A stretch of DNA of 64,000 nt from Eledone cirrhosa (taxonomy: Eukaryota), in contig OZ024757.1 in NCBI GenBank assembly GCA_964016885.1, positions 248,001-312,000 on the forward strand. Direction: 5' to 3'. Each line of letters starts with the position of its first letter. The stretch's first letter is position 1. Position numbers and translations under genes: made by a program. This document shows, piece after piece, positions 15,001 through 30,000 of the stretch. The notes beneath the pieces were generated by a model. That model worked only from the letters and a program-made list of their open reading frames with translations. It was not told where the DNA came from and searched no databases.

Positions 15001-18000
15001 GGGGTAAAGACAATAGCTACTAGGGTGAGATAGTGAACTTAGGGTGAAGACAGTAGCTACTAGGGTGAGATAGTGACATTGGGGTGAAGACAGTAACTAC
15101 TAGGGTGAGATAGTGACATTGGGGTAAAAACAATAGCTACTAGGGTGAGATAGTGACATTGGGGTGAAGACAATAGCTACAAGGGTGAGATAGTGACATT
15201 GGGGTGAAAACAATAGCTACTAGGGTGAGATAGTGACATTGGGTTGACGACAATAGCTACTAGGGTAAGATAGTGACGTTGGGTAAAGAAAAATGCTACT
15301 ATGGTGCGATAGTGACATTGGGGTGAAAACAATAGCTACTTGGGTGAGATAGTGACATTGGGATGAAGACAATAGCTACTAGGGTGAGATGGTGACATTG
15401 GGGTGAAGACAATAGCTACTAGGGTGAGATGGTGACATTGGGGTGAAGACAATAGCTACTAGGGTGAGATAGTGATATTGGGGTGAAGACAATAGCTACA
15501 AGGGTGAGATAGTGACATTGGGGTGAAGTCAATAGCTACTAGGGTGAGATAGAGACATTGGGGTGAAGACAATAGCTACTAGGGTGAGATAGTGACATTG
15601 GGGTGAAAACAATAGCTACGAGGGTGCGATAGTGACATTGGGGTGAAGACAATAGCTACTAGGGTGAGATAGTGACATTGGGGTGAAGACAGTAGCTACT
15701 AGGGTGAAGACAATAGCTACTAGGGTGAGGTAGTGACATTGGGGTGGAGACAATAGCTACTAGGGTGAGATAGTGACATTGGGGTGAAGCCAGTAGCTAC
15801 TAGGGTGAAGACAATAGCTACTAGGGTGAGGTAGTGACATTGGGGTGAGGACAATAGCTACTAGGGTGAGATAGTGACAGTGGGTTGAAGACAATAGCTA
15901 CTAGGGTGAGATAGTGACATTGGGGTGAAGACAGTAGCTACTAGGCTGAGATAGTGACATTGGGGTGAAGACAGTAGCTACTAGGGTAAGATAGTTACAT
16001 ATGGGTGAAGACAGTAGCTACTTGGGTGAGATAGGGACATTGTGTGACAACAGTAGCTACTTGGGTGAGATAGTGACATTAGGGTCAATACAGTAGCTAC
16101 TAGGGTGAGATAGTTACATTGGGGTGAAGACAGTAGCTACTAGGGGGAGATAGTGAACTTAGGGTGAGATAGCGACATTGGGGTAAAAACAATAGCTACT
16201 AGGGTGAGATAGTGACATTGGGGTGAAGACAGTAGCTACTAAGCTGAGATAGTGACATTGGGGTGAAAACAATAGCTACTAGGGTGAGATAGTGACATTG
16301 GGTTGACGACAATAGCTACTAGGGTGAGATAGTGACGTTGGGTAAAGACAAATGCTACTATGGTGCGATAGTGACATTGGGGTGAAAACAATAGCTACTT
16401 GGGTGAGATAGTGATATTGGGATGAAGACAATAGCTACCAGGGTGAGATGGTGACATTGGGGTGAAAACAATAGCTACTAGGGTGAGATGGTGACATTGG
16501 GGTGAAGACAATAGCTACTAGGGTGAGATAGTGATATTGGGGTGAAGACAATAGCTACAAGGGTGAGATAGTGACATTGGGGTGAAGTCAATAGCTACTA
16601 GGGTGAGATAGAGACATTGGGGTGAAGACAATAGCTACTAGGGTGAGGTAGTGACATTGGGGTGGAGACAATAGCTACAAGGGTGAGATAGTGACATTGG
16701 GGTAAGGACAATAGCTACGAGTGTGAGATAGTGACAGTCGGTTGAAGACAATAGCTACTAGGGTGAGATAGTGACATTGGGGTGAAGACAGTAGCTACTA
16801 GGCTGAGATAGTGACATTGGGGTGAAGACAGTAGCTACTAGGGTAAGATAGTTACATATGGGTGAAGACAGTAGCTACTTGGGTGAGATAGGGACATTGT
16901 GTGACAACAGTAGCTACTTGGGTGAGATAGTGACATTAGGGTCAATACAGTAGCTACTAGGGTGAGATAGTTACATTGGGGTGAAGACAGTAGCTACTAG
17001 GGGGAGATAGTGAACTTAGGGTGAGATAGTGACATTGGGGTAAAAACAATAGCTACTAGGGTGAGATAGTGACATTGGGGTGAAGACAGTAGCTACTAAG
17101 GTGAGATAGTGACATTGGGGTGAAAACAATAGCTACTAGGGTGAGATAGTGACATTGGGTTGACGACAATAGCTACTAGGGTGAGATAGTGACGTTGGGT
17201 AAAGACAAATGCTACTATGGTGCGATAGTGACATTGGGGTGAAAACAATAGCTACTTGGGTGAGATAGTGACATTGGGGTGAAGACAGTAGCTACTAGGG
17301 TGAGATGGTGACATTGGGGTGAAGACAATAGCTACTAGGGTGAGATGGTGACATTGGGGTGAAGACAATAGCTACTAGGGTGAGATGGTGACATTGGGGT
17401 GAAGACAATAGCTACTAAGGTGAGATAGTGACATTGGGGTGAAGACAATAGCTACTAGGGTGAGCTAGTGACATTGGGGTGAAGACAGAAGCTACTAAGG
17501 TGAGATAGTGACATTGGGGTGAAAACAATAGCTACTAGGGTGAGATAGTGACAGTGGGTTGAAGACAATAGCTACTAGGGTGAGATAGTGACATTGGTGT
17601 GAAGACAGTAGCTACTAGGGTGAGATAGTGACATTGGGGTGAAGACAGTAGCTACTAGGCTGAGATAGTGACATTGGGGTGAAGAGAGTAGCTACTAGGG
17701 TGGGATAGTGACATTGGGGTGAAGACAATAGCTACTAGGGTGAGATAGTGAACTTAGGGTGAAGACAGTAGCTACTAGGGTGAGATAGTGACATTGGGGT
17801 AAAAACAATAGCTACTAGGGTGAGATAGTGACATTGGGGTGAAGACAGTAGCTACTAGGGTGAGATAGTGACATTGGGGTGAAAACAATAGCTACTAGGG
17901 TGAGATAGTGACATTGGGTTGACGACAATAGCTACTAGGGTGAGATAGTGACGTTGGGTAAAGACAAATGCTACTATGGTGCGATAGTGACATTGGGGTG

Positions 18001-21000
18001 AAAACAATAGCTACTTGGGTGAGATAGTGACATTGGGATGAAGACAATAGCTACTAGGGTGAGATGGTGACATTGGGGTGAAGACAATAGCTACTAGGGT
18101 GAGATGGTGACATTGGGGTGAAGACAATAGCTACTAGGGTGAGATAGTGATATTGGGGTGAAGACAATAGCTACAAGGGTGAGATAGTGACATTGGGGTG
18201 AAGTCAATAGCTACTAGGGTGAGATAGTGACATTGGGGTGAAAACAATAGCTACGAGGGTACGATAGTGACATTGGGGTGAAGACAATAGCTACTAGGGT
18301 GAGATAGTGAACTTAGGGTGAGATAGTGACATTGGGGTGAAGACAGTAACTACTAGGGTGAGATAGTGACATTGGGGTAAAAACAATAGCTACTAGGGTG
18401 AGATAGTGACATTGGGGTGAAGACAGTAGCTACTAAGGTGAGATAGTGACATTGGGGTGAAAACAATAGCTACTAGGGTGAGATAGTGACATTGGGTTGA
18501 CGACAATAGCTACTAGGGTGAGATAGTGACGTTGGGTAAAGACAAATGCTACTATGGTGCGATAGTGACATTGGGGTGAAAACAATAGCTACTTGGGTGA
18601 GATAGTGACATTGGGATGAAGACAATAGCTACTAGGGTGAGATGGTGACATTGGGGTGAAGACAATAGCTACTAGGGTGAGATGGTGACATTGGGGTGAA
18701 GACAATAGCTACTAGGGTGAGATGGTGACATTGGGGTGAAGACAATAGCTACTAGGGTGAGATGGTGACATTGGGGTGAAGACAATAGCTACTAGGGTGA
18801 GATAGTGATATTGGGGTGAAGACAATAGCTACAAGGGTGAGATAGTGACATTGGGGTGAAGTCAATAGCTACTAGGGTGAGATAGAGACATTGGGGTGAA
18901 GACAATAGCTACTAGGGTGAGATAGTGACATTGGGGTGAAAACAATAGCTACGAGGGTGCGATAGTGACATTGGGGTGAAGACAATAGCTACTAGGGTGA
19001 GATGGTGACATTGGGGTGAAGACAATAGCTACTAGGGTGAGATAGTGATATTGCGGTGAAGACAATAGCTACAAGGGTGAGATAGTGACATTGGGGTGAA
19101 GTCAATAGCTACTAGGGTGAGATAGAGACATTGGGGTGAAGACAATAGCTACTAGGGTGAGGTAGTGACATTGGGGTGGAGACAATAGCTACTAGGGTGA
19201 GATAGTGACATTGGGGTGAGGACAATAGCTACTAGGGTGAGATAGTGACAGTGGGTTGAAGACAATAGCTACTAGGGTGAGATAGTGACATTGGGGTGAA
19301 GACAGTAGCTACTAGGCTGAGATAGTGACATTGGGGTGAAGACAGTAGCTACTAGGGTAAGATAGTTACATATGGGTGAAGACAGTAGCTACTTGGGTGA
19401 GATAGTGACATTAGGGTCAATACAGTAGCTACTAGGGTGAGATAGTTACATTGGGGTGAAGACAGTAGCTACTAGGGTGGGATAGTGACATTGGGGTGAA
19501 GACAATAGCTACTAGGGTGAGATAGTGAACTTAGGGTGAAGACAGTAGCTACTAGGGTGAGATAGTGACATTGGGGTGAAGACAGTAACTACTAGGGTGA
19601 GATAGTGACATTGGGGAAAAAACAATAGCTACTAGGGTGAGATAGTGACATTGGGGTGAAGACAGTAGCTACTAAGGTGAGATAGTGACATTGGGGTGAA
19701 AACAATAGCTACTAGGGTGAGATAGTGACATTGGGTTGACGACAATAGCTACTAGGGTGAGATAGTGACGTTGGGTAAAGACAAATGCTACTATGGTGCG
19801 ATAGTGACATTGGGGTGAAAACAATAGCTACTTGGGTGGGATAGTGACATTGGGATGAAGACAATAGCTACTAGGGTGAGATGGTGACATTGGGGTGAAG
19901 ACAATAGCTACTAGGGTGAGATGGTGACATTGGGGTGAAGACAATAGCTACTAAGGTGAGATAGTGACATTGGGGTGAAGACAATAGCTACTAGGGTGAG
20001 CTAGTGACATTGGGGTGAAGACAGAAGCTACTAAGGTGAGATAGTGACATTGGGGTGAAAACAATAGCTACTAGGGTGAGATAGTGACATTGGGTTGACG
20101 ACAATAGCTACTAGGGTGAGATAGTGACATTGGAGTGAAGACAAATGCTACAATGGTGCGATAGTGACATTGGGGTGAAAACAATAGCTACTAGGGTGAG
20201 ATAGTGACATTGGGATGAAGACAGTAGCTACTAGGGTGAGATAGTGACATTGGAGTGGAGACAGAAGCTACTAAGGTGAGATAGTGATATTGGGGTGAAG
20301 ACAATAGCTACTAGGGTGAGGTAGTGACATTGGGGTGAAGACAGTAGCTACTAGGGTGAGATAGTGACATTGGGGTGAAGACAGAAGCTACTAAGGTGAG
20401 ATAGTGATATTGGGGTGAAGACAATAGCTACTAGGTTGAGGTAGTGACATTGGGGTGAAGACAGTAGCTACTAGGGTGAGATAGTGACATTGGGGTGAAG
20501 ACAATAGCTACTAGGGTGAGGTAGTGACATTGGGGTGGAGACAATAGCTACTAGGGTGAGATAGTGACATTGGGGTGAAGACAATAGCTACTAGGGTGAG
20601 ATAGTGACATTGGGGTGAAGACAATAGCTACTAGGTTGAGGTAGTGACATTGGGGTGCAGACAATAGCTACTAGGGTGAGATAGTGACATTGGGGTGAAG
20701 ACAATACCTACTAGCGGAAGATAGTTACATATGGGTGAAGACAGTAGCTACTAGGGTGAGATAGGGACATTGGGGTGGAGAGAGTAGCTACTAGGGTGAG
20801 ATAGTGACATTGGGGTGAAGACAATAGCTACTAGGGTGAGATAGGGACATTAGGGTGAAGACAATAGCTACTAGGGTGAGATAGTGACATTGGGGTGAAG
20901 ACAAATGCTACTATGGTGCGATAGTGACATTGGGGTGAAAACAATAGCTACTTGGGTGAGATAGTGACATTGGGATGAAGACAGTAGCTACTAGGGTCAG

Positions 21001-24000
21001 ATAGTGACATTGGAGTGGAGACAGTAGCTACTAGGGTCAGATAGTGACATTGGAGTGGAGACAGAAGCTACTAAGGTGAGATAGTGACATTGAGGTGAAG
21101 ACGATAGCTACTAGGGTGAGATAGTGACATTGGGGTGAAGACAGAAGCTACTAAGGTGAGATAGTGATATTGGGGTGAAGACAATAGCTACTAGGGTGCG
21201 ATAGTGACGTTGGGGTGAAGACAATAGCTACTAGGGTGAGATAGTGACATTGGGGTGAAGACAATAGCTACTAGGTTGAGGTAGTGACATTGGGGTGGAG
21301 ACAATAGCTACTAGGGTGAGATAGTGACATTGGGGTGAAGACAATAGCTACTAGGGTGAGATAGTGACATTGGGGTGAAGACAATAGCTACTAGGGTGAG
21401 ATAGTGACATTGGGGTGAAGACAATAGCTACTAGGGTGAGGTAGTGACATTGGGGTGGAGACAATAGCTACTAGGGTGAGATAGTGACATTGGGGTGAAG
21501 ACAATAGCTACTAGGGTGAGATAGTGACATTGGGGTGAAGACAATAGCTACTAGGTTGAGGTAGTGACATTGGTGTGGAGACAATAGGTACTAGGGTGAG
21601 ATAGTGACATTGGGGTGAAGACAATAGCTACTAGGGTGAGATAGTGACATTGGGGTGAAGACAATAGCTACTAGGGTGAGATAGTGACATTGGGGTGAAG
21701 ACAGTAGCTACTAGGGTGAGATAGTGACATTGGGGCGAAGACAATAGCTACTAGGGTGAGGTAGTGACATTGGGGTGAGGACAATAGCTACTAGGGTGAG
21801 ATAGTGACATTGGGGTGAGGACAATAGCTACTAGGGTGAGATAGTGACAGTGGGTTGAAGACAATAGCTACTAGGGTGAGATAGTGACATTGGGGTGAAG
21901 ACAGTAGCTACTAGGGTAAGATAGTTACATATGGGTGAAGACAGTAGCTACTTGTGTGAGATAGGGACATTGTGTGACAACAGTAGCTACTTGGGTGAGA
22001 TAGTGACATTAGGGTCAATACAGTAGCAACTAGGGTGAGATAGTTACATTGGGGTGAAGACAGTAGCTACTAGGGGGGGATAGTGACATTGGGGTGAAGA
22101 CAATAGCTACTAGGGGGAGATAGTGAACTTAGGGTGAAGACAGTAGCTACTAGGGTGAGATAGTGACATTGGGATGAAGACAGTAGCTACTAGGGTGAGA
22201 TAGTGACATTGGAGTGGAGACAGAAGCTACTAAGGTGAGATAGTGATATTGGGGTGAAGACAATAGCTACTAGGGTGAGGTAGTGACATTGGGGTGAAGA
22301 CAGTAGCTACTAGGGTGAGATAGTGACATTGGGGTGAAGACAGAAGCTACTAAGGTGAGATAGTGATATTGGGGTGAAGACAATAGCTACTAGGTTGAGG
22401 TAGTGACATTGGGGTGAAGACAGTAGCTACTAGGGTGAGATAGTGACATTGGGGTGAAGACAATAGCTACTAGGGTGAGGTAGTGACATTGGGGTGGAGA
22501 CAATAGCTACTAGGGTGAGATAGTGACATTGGGGTGAAGACAATAGCTACTAGGGTGAGATAGTGACATTGGGGTGAAGACAATAGCTACTAGGTTGAGG
22601 TAGTGACATTGGGGTGGAGACAATAGCTACTAGGGTGAGATAGTGACATTGGGGTGAAGACAATACCTACTAGGGGAAGATAGTTACATATGGGTGAAGA
22701 CAGTAGCTACTAGGGTGAGATAGGGACATTGGGGTGGAGACAGTAGCTACTAGGGTGAGATAGTGACATTGGGGCGAAGACAATAGCTACTAGGGTGAGG
22801 TAGTGACATTGGGGTGAGGACAATAGCTACTAGGGTGAGATAGTGACATTGGGGTGAAGACAATAGCTACTAGGGTGAGATAGGGACATTAGGGTGAAGA
22901 CAATAGCTACTAGGGTGAGATAGTGACATTGGGGTGAAGACAAATGCTACTATGGTGCGATAGTGACATTGGGGTGAAAACAATAGCTACTTGGGTGAGA
23001 TAGTGACATTGGGATGAAGACAGTAGCTACTAGGGTCAGATAGTGACATTGGAGTGGAGACAGAAGCTACTAAGGTGAGATAGTGACATTGAGGTGAAGA
23101 CGATAGCTACTAGGGTGAGATAGTGACATTGGGGTGAAGACAGAAGCTACTAAGGTGAGATAGTGATATTGGGGTGAAGACAGAAGCTACTAAGGTGAGA
23201 TAGTGATATTGGGGTGAAGACAATAGCTATTAGGGTGCGATAGTGACGTTGGGGTGAAGACAATAGCTACTAGGGTGAGATAGTGACATTGGGGTGAAGA
23301 CAATAGCTACTAGGTTGAGGTAGTGACATTGGGGTGGAGACAATAGCTACTAGGGTGAGATAGTGACATTGGGGTGAAGACAATAGCTACTAGGGTGAGA
23401 TAGTGACATTGGGGTGAAGACAATAGCTACTAGGGTGAGATAGTGACATTGGGGTGAAGACAATAGCTACTAGGGTGAGGTAGTGACATTGGGGTGGAGA
23501 CAATAGCTACTAGGGTGAGATAGTGACATTGGGGTGAAGACAATAGCTACTAGGGTGAGATAGTAACATTGGGGTGAAGACAATAGCTACTAGGTTGAGG
23601 TAGTGACATTGGTGTGGAGACAATAGCTACTAGGGTGAGATAGTGACATTGGGGTGAAGACAATAGCTACTAGGGTGAGATAGTGACATCGGGGTGAAGA
23701 CAATAGCTACTAGGGTGAGATAGTGACATTGGGGCGAAGACAATAGCTACTAGGGTGAGGTAGTGACATTGGGGTGAGGACAATAGCTACTAGGGTGAGA
23801 TAGTGACATTGGGGTGAGGACAATAGCTACTAGGGTGAGATAGTGACAGTGGGTTGAAGACAATAGCTACTAGGGTGAGATAGTGACATTGGGGTGAAGA
23901 CAGTAGCTACTAGGGTAAGATAGTTACATATGGGTGAAGACAGTAGCTACTTGGGTGAGATAGGGACATTGTGTGACAACAGTAGCTACTTGGGTGAGAT

Positions 24001-27000
24001 AGTGACATTAGGGTCAATACAGTAGCAACTAGGGTGAGATAGTTACATTGGGGTGAAGACAGTAGCTACTAGGGGGGGATAGTGACATTGGGGTGAAGAC
24101 AATAGCCACTAGGGGGAGATAGTGAACTTAGAGTGAAGACAGTAGCTACTAGGGTGAGATAGTGACATTGGGGTGAAGACAGTAACTACTAGGGTGAGAT
24201 AGTGACATTGGGGTAAAAACAATAGCTACTAGGGTGAGATAGTGACATTGGGGTGAAGACAGTAGCTACTAAGGTGAGATAGTGACATTGGGTTGACGAA
24301 AATAGCTACTAGGGTGAGATGGTGACATTGGGGTGAAGACAATAGCTACTAGGGTGAGATAGTGATATTGGGGTGAAGACAATAGCTACAAGGTTGAGAT
24401 AGTGACATTGGGGTGAAGTCAATAGCTGCTAGGGTGAGATAGAGACATTGGGGTGAAGACAATAGCTACTAGGGTGAGATAGTGACATTGGGGTGAAAAC
24501 AATAGCTACTAGGGTGAGATAGTGACATTGGGTTGACGACAATAGCTACTAGGGTGAGATAGTGACATTGGAGTGAAGACAAATGCTACAATGGTGCGAT
24601 AGTGACATTGGCGTGAAAACAATAGCTACTAGGGTGAGATAGTGACATTGGGATGAAGACAGTAGCTACTAGGGTGAGATAGTGACATTGGAGTGGAGAC
24701 AGAAGCTACTAAGGTGAGATAGTGATATTGGGGTGAAGACAATAGCTACTAGGTTGAGGTAGTGACATTGGGGTGAAGACAGTAGCTACTAGGGTGAGAT
24801 AGTGACATTGGAGTGAAGACAATAGCTACTAGGTTGAGGTAGTGACATTGGGGTGGAGACAATAGCTACTAGGGTTGAGATAGTGACATTGGGGTGAAGA
24901 CAATACCTACTAGGGGAAGATAGTTACATATGGGTGAAGACAGTAGCTACTAGAGTGAGATAGGGACATTGGGGTGGAGAGAGTAGCTACTAGGGTGAGA
25001 TCGTGACATTGGGGTGAAGACAGAAGCTACTAAGTTGAGATAGTGATATTGGGGTGAAGACAATAGCTACTAGGGTGCGATAGTGACGTTGGGGTGAAGA
25101 CAATAGCTACTAGGGTGAGATAGGGACATTAGGGTGAAGACAGAAGCTACTAAGGTGAGATAGTGATATTGGGGTGAAGACAATAGCTACTAGGGTGCGA
25201 TAGTGACGTTGGGGTGAAGACAATAGCTACTAGGGTGAGATAGTGACATTGGGGTGAAGACAATAGCTACTAGGTTGAGGTAGTGACATTGGGGTGGAGA
25301 CAATAGCTACTAGGGTGAGATAGTGACATTGGGGTGAAGACAATAGCTACTAGGGTGAGATAGTGACATTGGGGTGAAGACAATAGCTACTAGGGTGAGA
25401 TAGTGACATTGGGGTGAAGACAATAGCTACTAGGGTGAGGTAGTGACATTGGGGTGGAGACAATAGCTACTAGGGTGAGATAGTGACATTGGGGTGAAGA
25501 CAATAGCTACTAGGGTGAGATAGTGACATTGGGGTGAAGACAATAGCTACTAGGTTGAGGTAGTGACATTGGTGTGGAGACAATAGGTACTAGGGTGAGA
25601 TAGTGACATTGGGGTGAAGACAATAGCTACTAGGGTGAGATAGTGACATTGGGGTGAAGACAATAGCTACTAGGGTGAGATAGTGACATTGGGGTGAAGA
25701 CAGTAGCTACTAGGGTGAGATAGTGACATTGGGGCGAAGACAATAGCTACTAGGGTGAGGTAGTGACATTGGGGTGAGGACAATAGCTACTAGGGTGAGA
25801 TAGTGACATTGGGGTGAGGACAATAGCTACTAGGGTGAGATAGTGACAGTGGGTTGAAGACAATAGCTACTAGGGTGAGATAGTGACATTGGGGTGAAGA
25901 CAGTAGCTACTAGGGTAAGATAGTTACATATGGGTGAAGACAGTAGCTACTTGTGTGAGATAGGGACATTGTGTGACAACAGTAGCTACTTGGGTGAGAT
26001 AGTGACATTAGGGTCAATACAGTAGCAACTAGGGTGAGATAGTTACATTGGGGTGAAGACAGTAGCTACTAGGGGGGGATAGTGACATTGGGGTGAAGAC
26101 AATAGCTACTAGGGGGAGATAGTGAACTTAGGGTGAAGACAGTAGCTACTAGGGTGAGATAGTGACATTGGGATGAAGACAGTAGCTACTAGGGTGAGAT
26201 AGTGACATTGGAGTGGAGACAGAAGCTACTAAGGTGAGATAGTGATATTGGGGTGAAGACAATAGCTACTAGGGTGAGGTAGTGACATTGGGGTGAAGAC
26301 AGTAGCTACTAGGGTGAGATAGTGACATTGGGGTGAAGACAGAAGCTACTAAGGTGAGATAGTGATATTGGGGTGAAGACAATAGCTACTAGGTTGAGGT
26401 AGTGACATTGGGGTGAAGACAGTAGCTACTAGGGTGAGATAGTGACATTGGGGTGAAGACAATAGCTACTAGGGTGAGGTAGTGACATTGGGGTGGAGAC
26501 AATAGCTACTAGGGTGAGATAGTGACATTGGGGTGAAGACAATAGCTACTAGGGTGAGATAGTGACATTGGGGTGAAGACAATAGCTACTAGGTTGAGGT
26601 AGTGACATTGGGGTGGAGACAATAGCTACTAGGGTGAGATAGTGACATTGGGGTGAAGACAATACCTACTAGGGGAAGATAGTTACATATGGGTGAAGAC
26701 AGTAGCTACTAGGGTGAGATAGGGACATTGGGGTGGAGACAGTAGCTACTAGGGTGAGATAGTGACATTGGGGCGAAGACAATAGCTACTAGGGTGAGGT
26801 AGTGACATTGGGGTGAGGACAATAGCTACTAGGGTGAGATAGTGACATTGGGGTGAAGACAATAGCTACTAGGGTGAGATAGGGACATTAGGGTGAAGAC
26901 AATAGCTACTAGGGTGAGATAGTGACATTGGGGTGAAGACAAATGCTACTATGGTGCGATAGTGACATTGGGGTGAAAACAATAGCTACTTGGGTGAGAT

Positions 27001-30000
27001 AGTGACATTGGGATGAAGACAGTAGCTACTAGGGTCAGATAGTGACATTGGAGTGGAGACAGAAGCTACTAAGGTGAGATAGTGACATTGAGGTGAAGAC
27101 GATAGCTACTAGGGTGAGATAGTGACATTGGGGTGAAGACAGAAGCTACTAAGGTGAGATAGTGATATTGGGGTGAAGACAGAAGCTACTAAGGTGAGAT
27201 AGTGATATTGGGGTGAAGACAATAGCTATTAGGGTGCGATAGTGACGTTGGGGTGAAGACAATAGCTACTAGGGTGAGATAGTGACATTGGGGTGAAGAC
27301 AATAGCTACTAGGTTGAGGTAGTGACATTGGGGTGGAGACAATAGCTACTAGGGTGAGATAGTGACATTGGGGTGAAGACAATAGCTACTAGGGTGAGAT
27401 AGTGACATTGGGGTGAAGACAATAGCTACTAGGGTGAGATAGTGACATTGGGGTGAAGACAATAGCTACTAGGGTGAGGTAGTGACATTGGGGTGGAGAC
27501 AATAGCTACTAGGGTGAGATAGTGACATTGGGGTGAAGACAATAGCTACTAGGGTGAGATAGTAACATTGGGGTGAAGACAATAGCTACTAGGTTGAGGT
27601 AGTGACATTGGTGTGGAGACAATAGCTACTAGGGTGAGATAGTGACATTGGGGTGAAGACAATAGCTACTAGGGTGAGATAGTGACATCGGGGTGAAGAC
27701 AATAGCTACTAGGGTGAGATAGTGACACTGGGGTGAAGACAGTAGCTACTAGGGTGAGATAGTGACATTGGGGCGAAGACAATAGCTACTAGGGTGAGGT
27801 AGTGACATTGGGGTGAGGACAATAGCTACTAGGGTGAGATAGTGACATTGGGGTGAGGACAATAGCTACTAGGGTGAGATAGTGACAGTGGGTTGAAGAC
27901 AATAGCTACTAGGGTGAGATAGTGACATTGGGGTGAAGACAGTAGCTACTAGGGTAAGATAGTTACATATGGGTGAAGACAGTAGCTACTTGGGTGAGAT
28001 AGGGACATTGTGTGACAACAGTAGCTACTTGGGTGAGATAGTGACATTAGGGTCAATACAGTAGCAACTAGGGTGAGATAGTTACATTGGGGTGAAGACA
28101 GTAGCTACTAGGGGGGGATAGTGACATTGGGGTGAAGACAATAGCCACTAGGGGGAGATAGTGAACTTAGAGTGAAGACAGTAGCTACTAGGGTGAGATA
28201 GTGACATTGGGGTGAAGACAGTAACTACTAGGGTGAGATAGTGACATTGGGGTAAAAACAATAGCTACTAGGGTGAGATAGTGACATTGGGGTGAAGACA
28301 GTAGCTACTAAGGTGAGATAGTGACATTGGGTTGACGAAAATAGCTACTAGGGTGAGATGGTGACATTGGGGTGAAGACAATAGCTACTAGGGTGAGATA
28401 GTGATATTGGGGTGAAGACAATAGCTACAAGGTTGAGATAGTGACATTGGGGTGAAGTCAATAGCTGCTAGGGTGAGATAGAGACATTGGGGTGAAGACA
28501 ATAGCTACTAGGGTGAGATAGTGACATTGGGGTGAAAACAATAGCTACTAGGGTGAGATAGTGACATTGGGTTGACGACAATAGCTACTAGGGTGAGATA
28601 GTGACATTGGAGTGAAGACAAATGCTACAATGGTGCGATAGTGACATTGGCGTGAAAACAATAGCTACTAGGGTGAGATAGTGACATTGGGATGAAGACA
28701 GTAGCTACTAGGGTGAGATAGTGACATTGGAGTGGAGACAGAAGCTACTAAGGTGAGATAGTGATATTGGGGTGAAGACAATAGCTACTAGGTTGAGGTA
28801 GTGACATTGGGGTGAAGACAGTAGCTACTAGGGTGAGATAGTGACATTGGAGTGAAGACAATAGCTACTAGGTTGAGGTAGTGACATTGGGGTGGAGACA
28901 ATAGCTACTAGGGTTGAGATAGTGACATTGGGGTGAAGACAATACCTACTAGGGGAAGATAGTTACATATGGGTGAAGACAGTAGCTACTAGAGTGAGAT
29001 AGGGACATTGGGGTGGAGAGAGTAGCTACTAGGGTGAGATCGTGACATTGGGGTGAAGACAGAAGCTACTAAGTTGAGATAGTGATATTGGGGTGAAGAC
29101 AATAGCTACTAGGGTGCGATAGTGACGTTGGGGTGAAGACAATAGCTACTAGGGTGAGATAGGGACATTAGGGTGAAGACAGAAGCTACTAAGGTGAGAT
29201 AGTGATATTGGGGTGAAGACAATAGCTACTAGGGTGCGATAGTGACGTTGGGGTGAAGACAATAGCTACTAGGGTGAGATAGGGACATTAGGGTGAAGAC
29301 AGAAGCTACTAAGGTGAGATAGTGACATTGGGGTGAAGACAATAGCTACTAGGGTCAGATAGTGACATTGGGGTGAAGACAGTAGCTACTAGGGTGAGAT
29401 AGTGACATTGGGGTGAAGACAATAGCTACTAGGGTCAGATAGTGACATTGGAGTGGAGACAGAAGCTACTAAGGTGAGATAGTGACATTGAGGTGAAGAC
29501 AATAGCTACTAGGGTGAGATAGTGACATTGGGGTGAAGACAGAAGCTACTAAGGTGAGATAGTGATATTGGGGTGAAGACAATAGCCTCTAGGGTGCGAT
29601 AGTGACGTTGGGGTGAAGACAATAGCTACTAGGGTGAGATAGTGACATTGGGGTGAGATAGTGACATTGGGGTGAAGACAATAGCTACTAGGGTGAGGTA
29701 GTGACATTGGGGTGGAGACAATAGCTACTAGGGTGAGATAGTGACATTGGGGTGAAGACAATAGCTACTAGGGTGAGATAGTGACATTGGGGTGAAGACA
29801 ATAGCTACTAGGTTGAGGTAGTAACATTGGGGTGGAGACAATAGCTACTAGGGTGAGATAGTGACATTGGGGTGAAGACAATAGCTACTAGGGTGAGATA
29901 GTGACATTGGGGTGAAGACAGTAGCTACTAGGGTGAGATAGTGACATTGGGGCGAAGACAATAGCTACTAGGGTGAGGTAGTGACATTGGGGTGGAGACA

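Noticed and set aside
29549-29761. 70-aa ORF in the satellite
   Set aside because: A chance frame opened by a 21-bp deletion and point variants; it is translated repeat.
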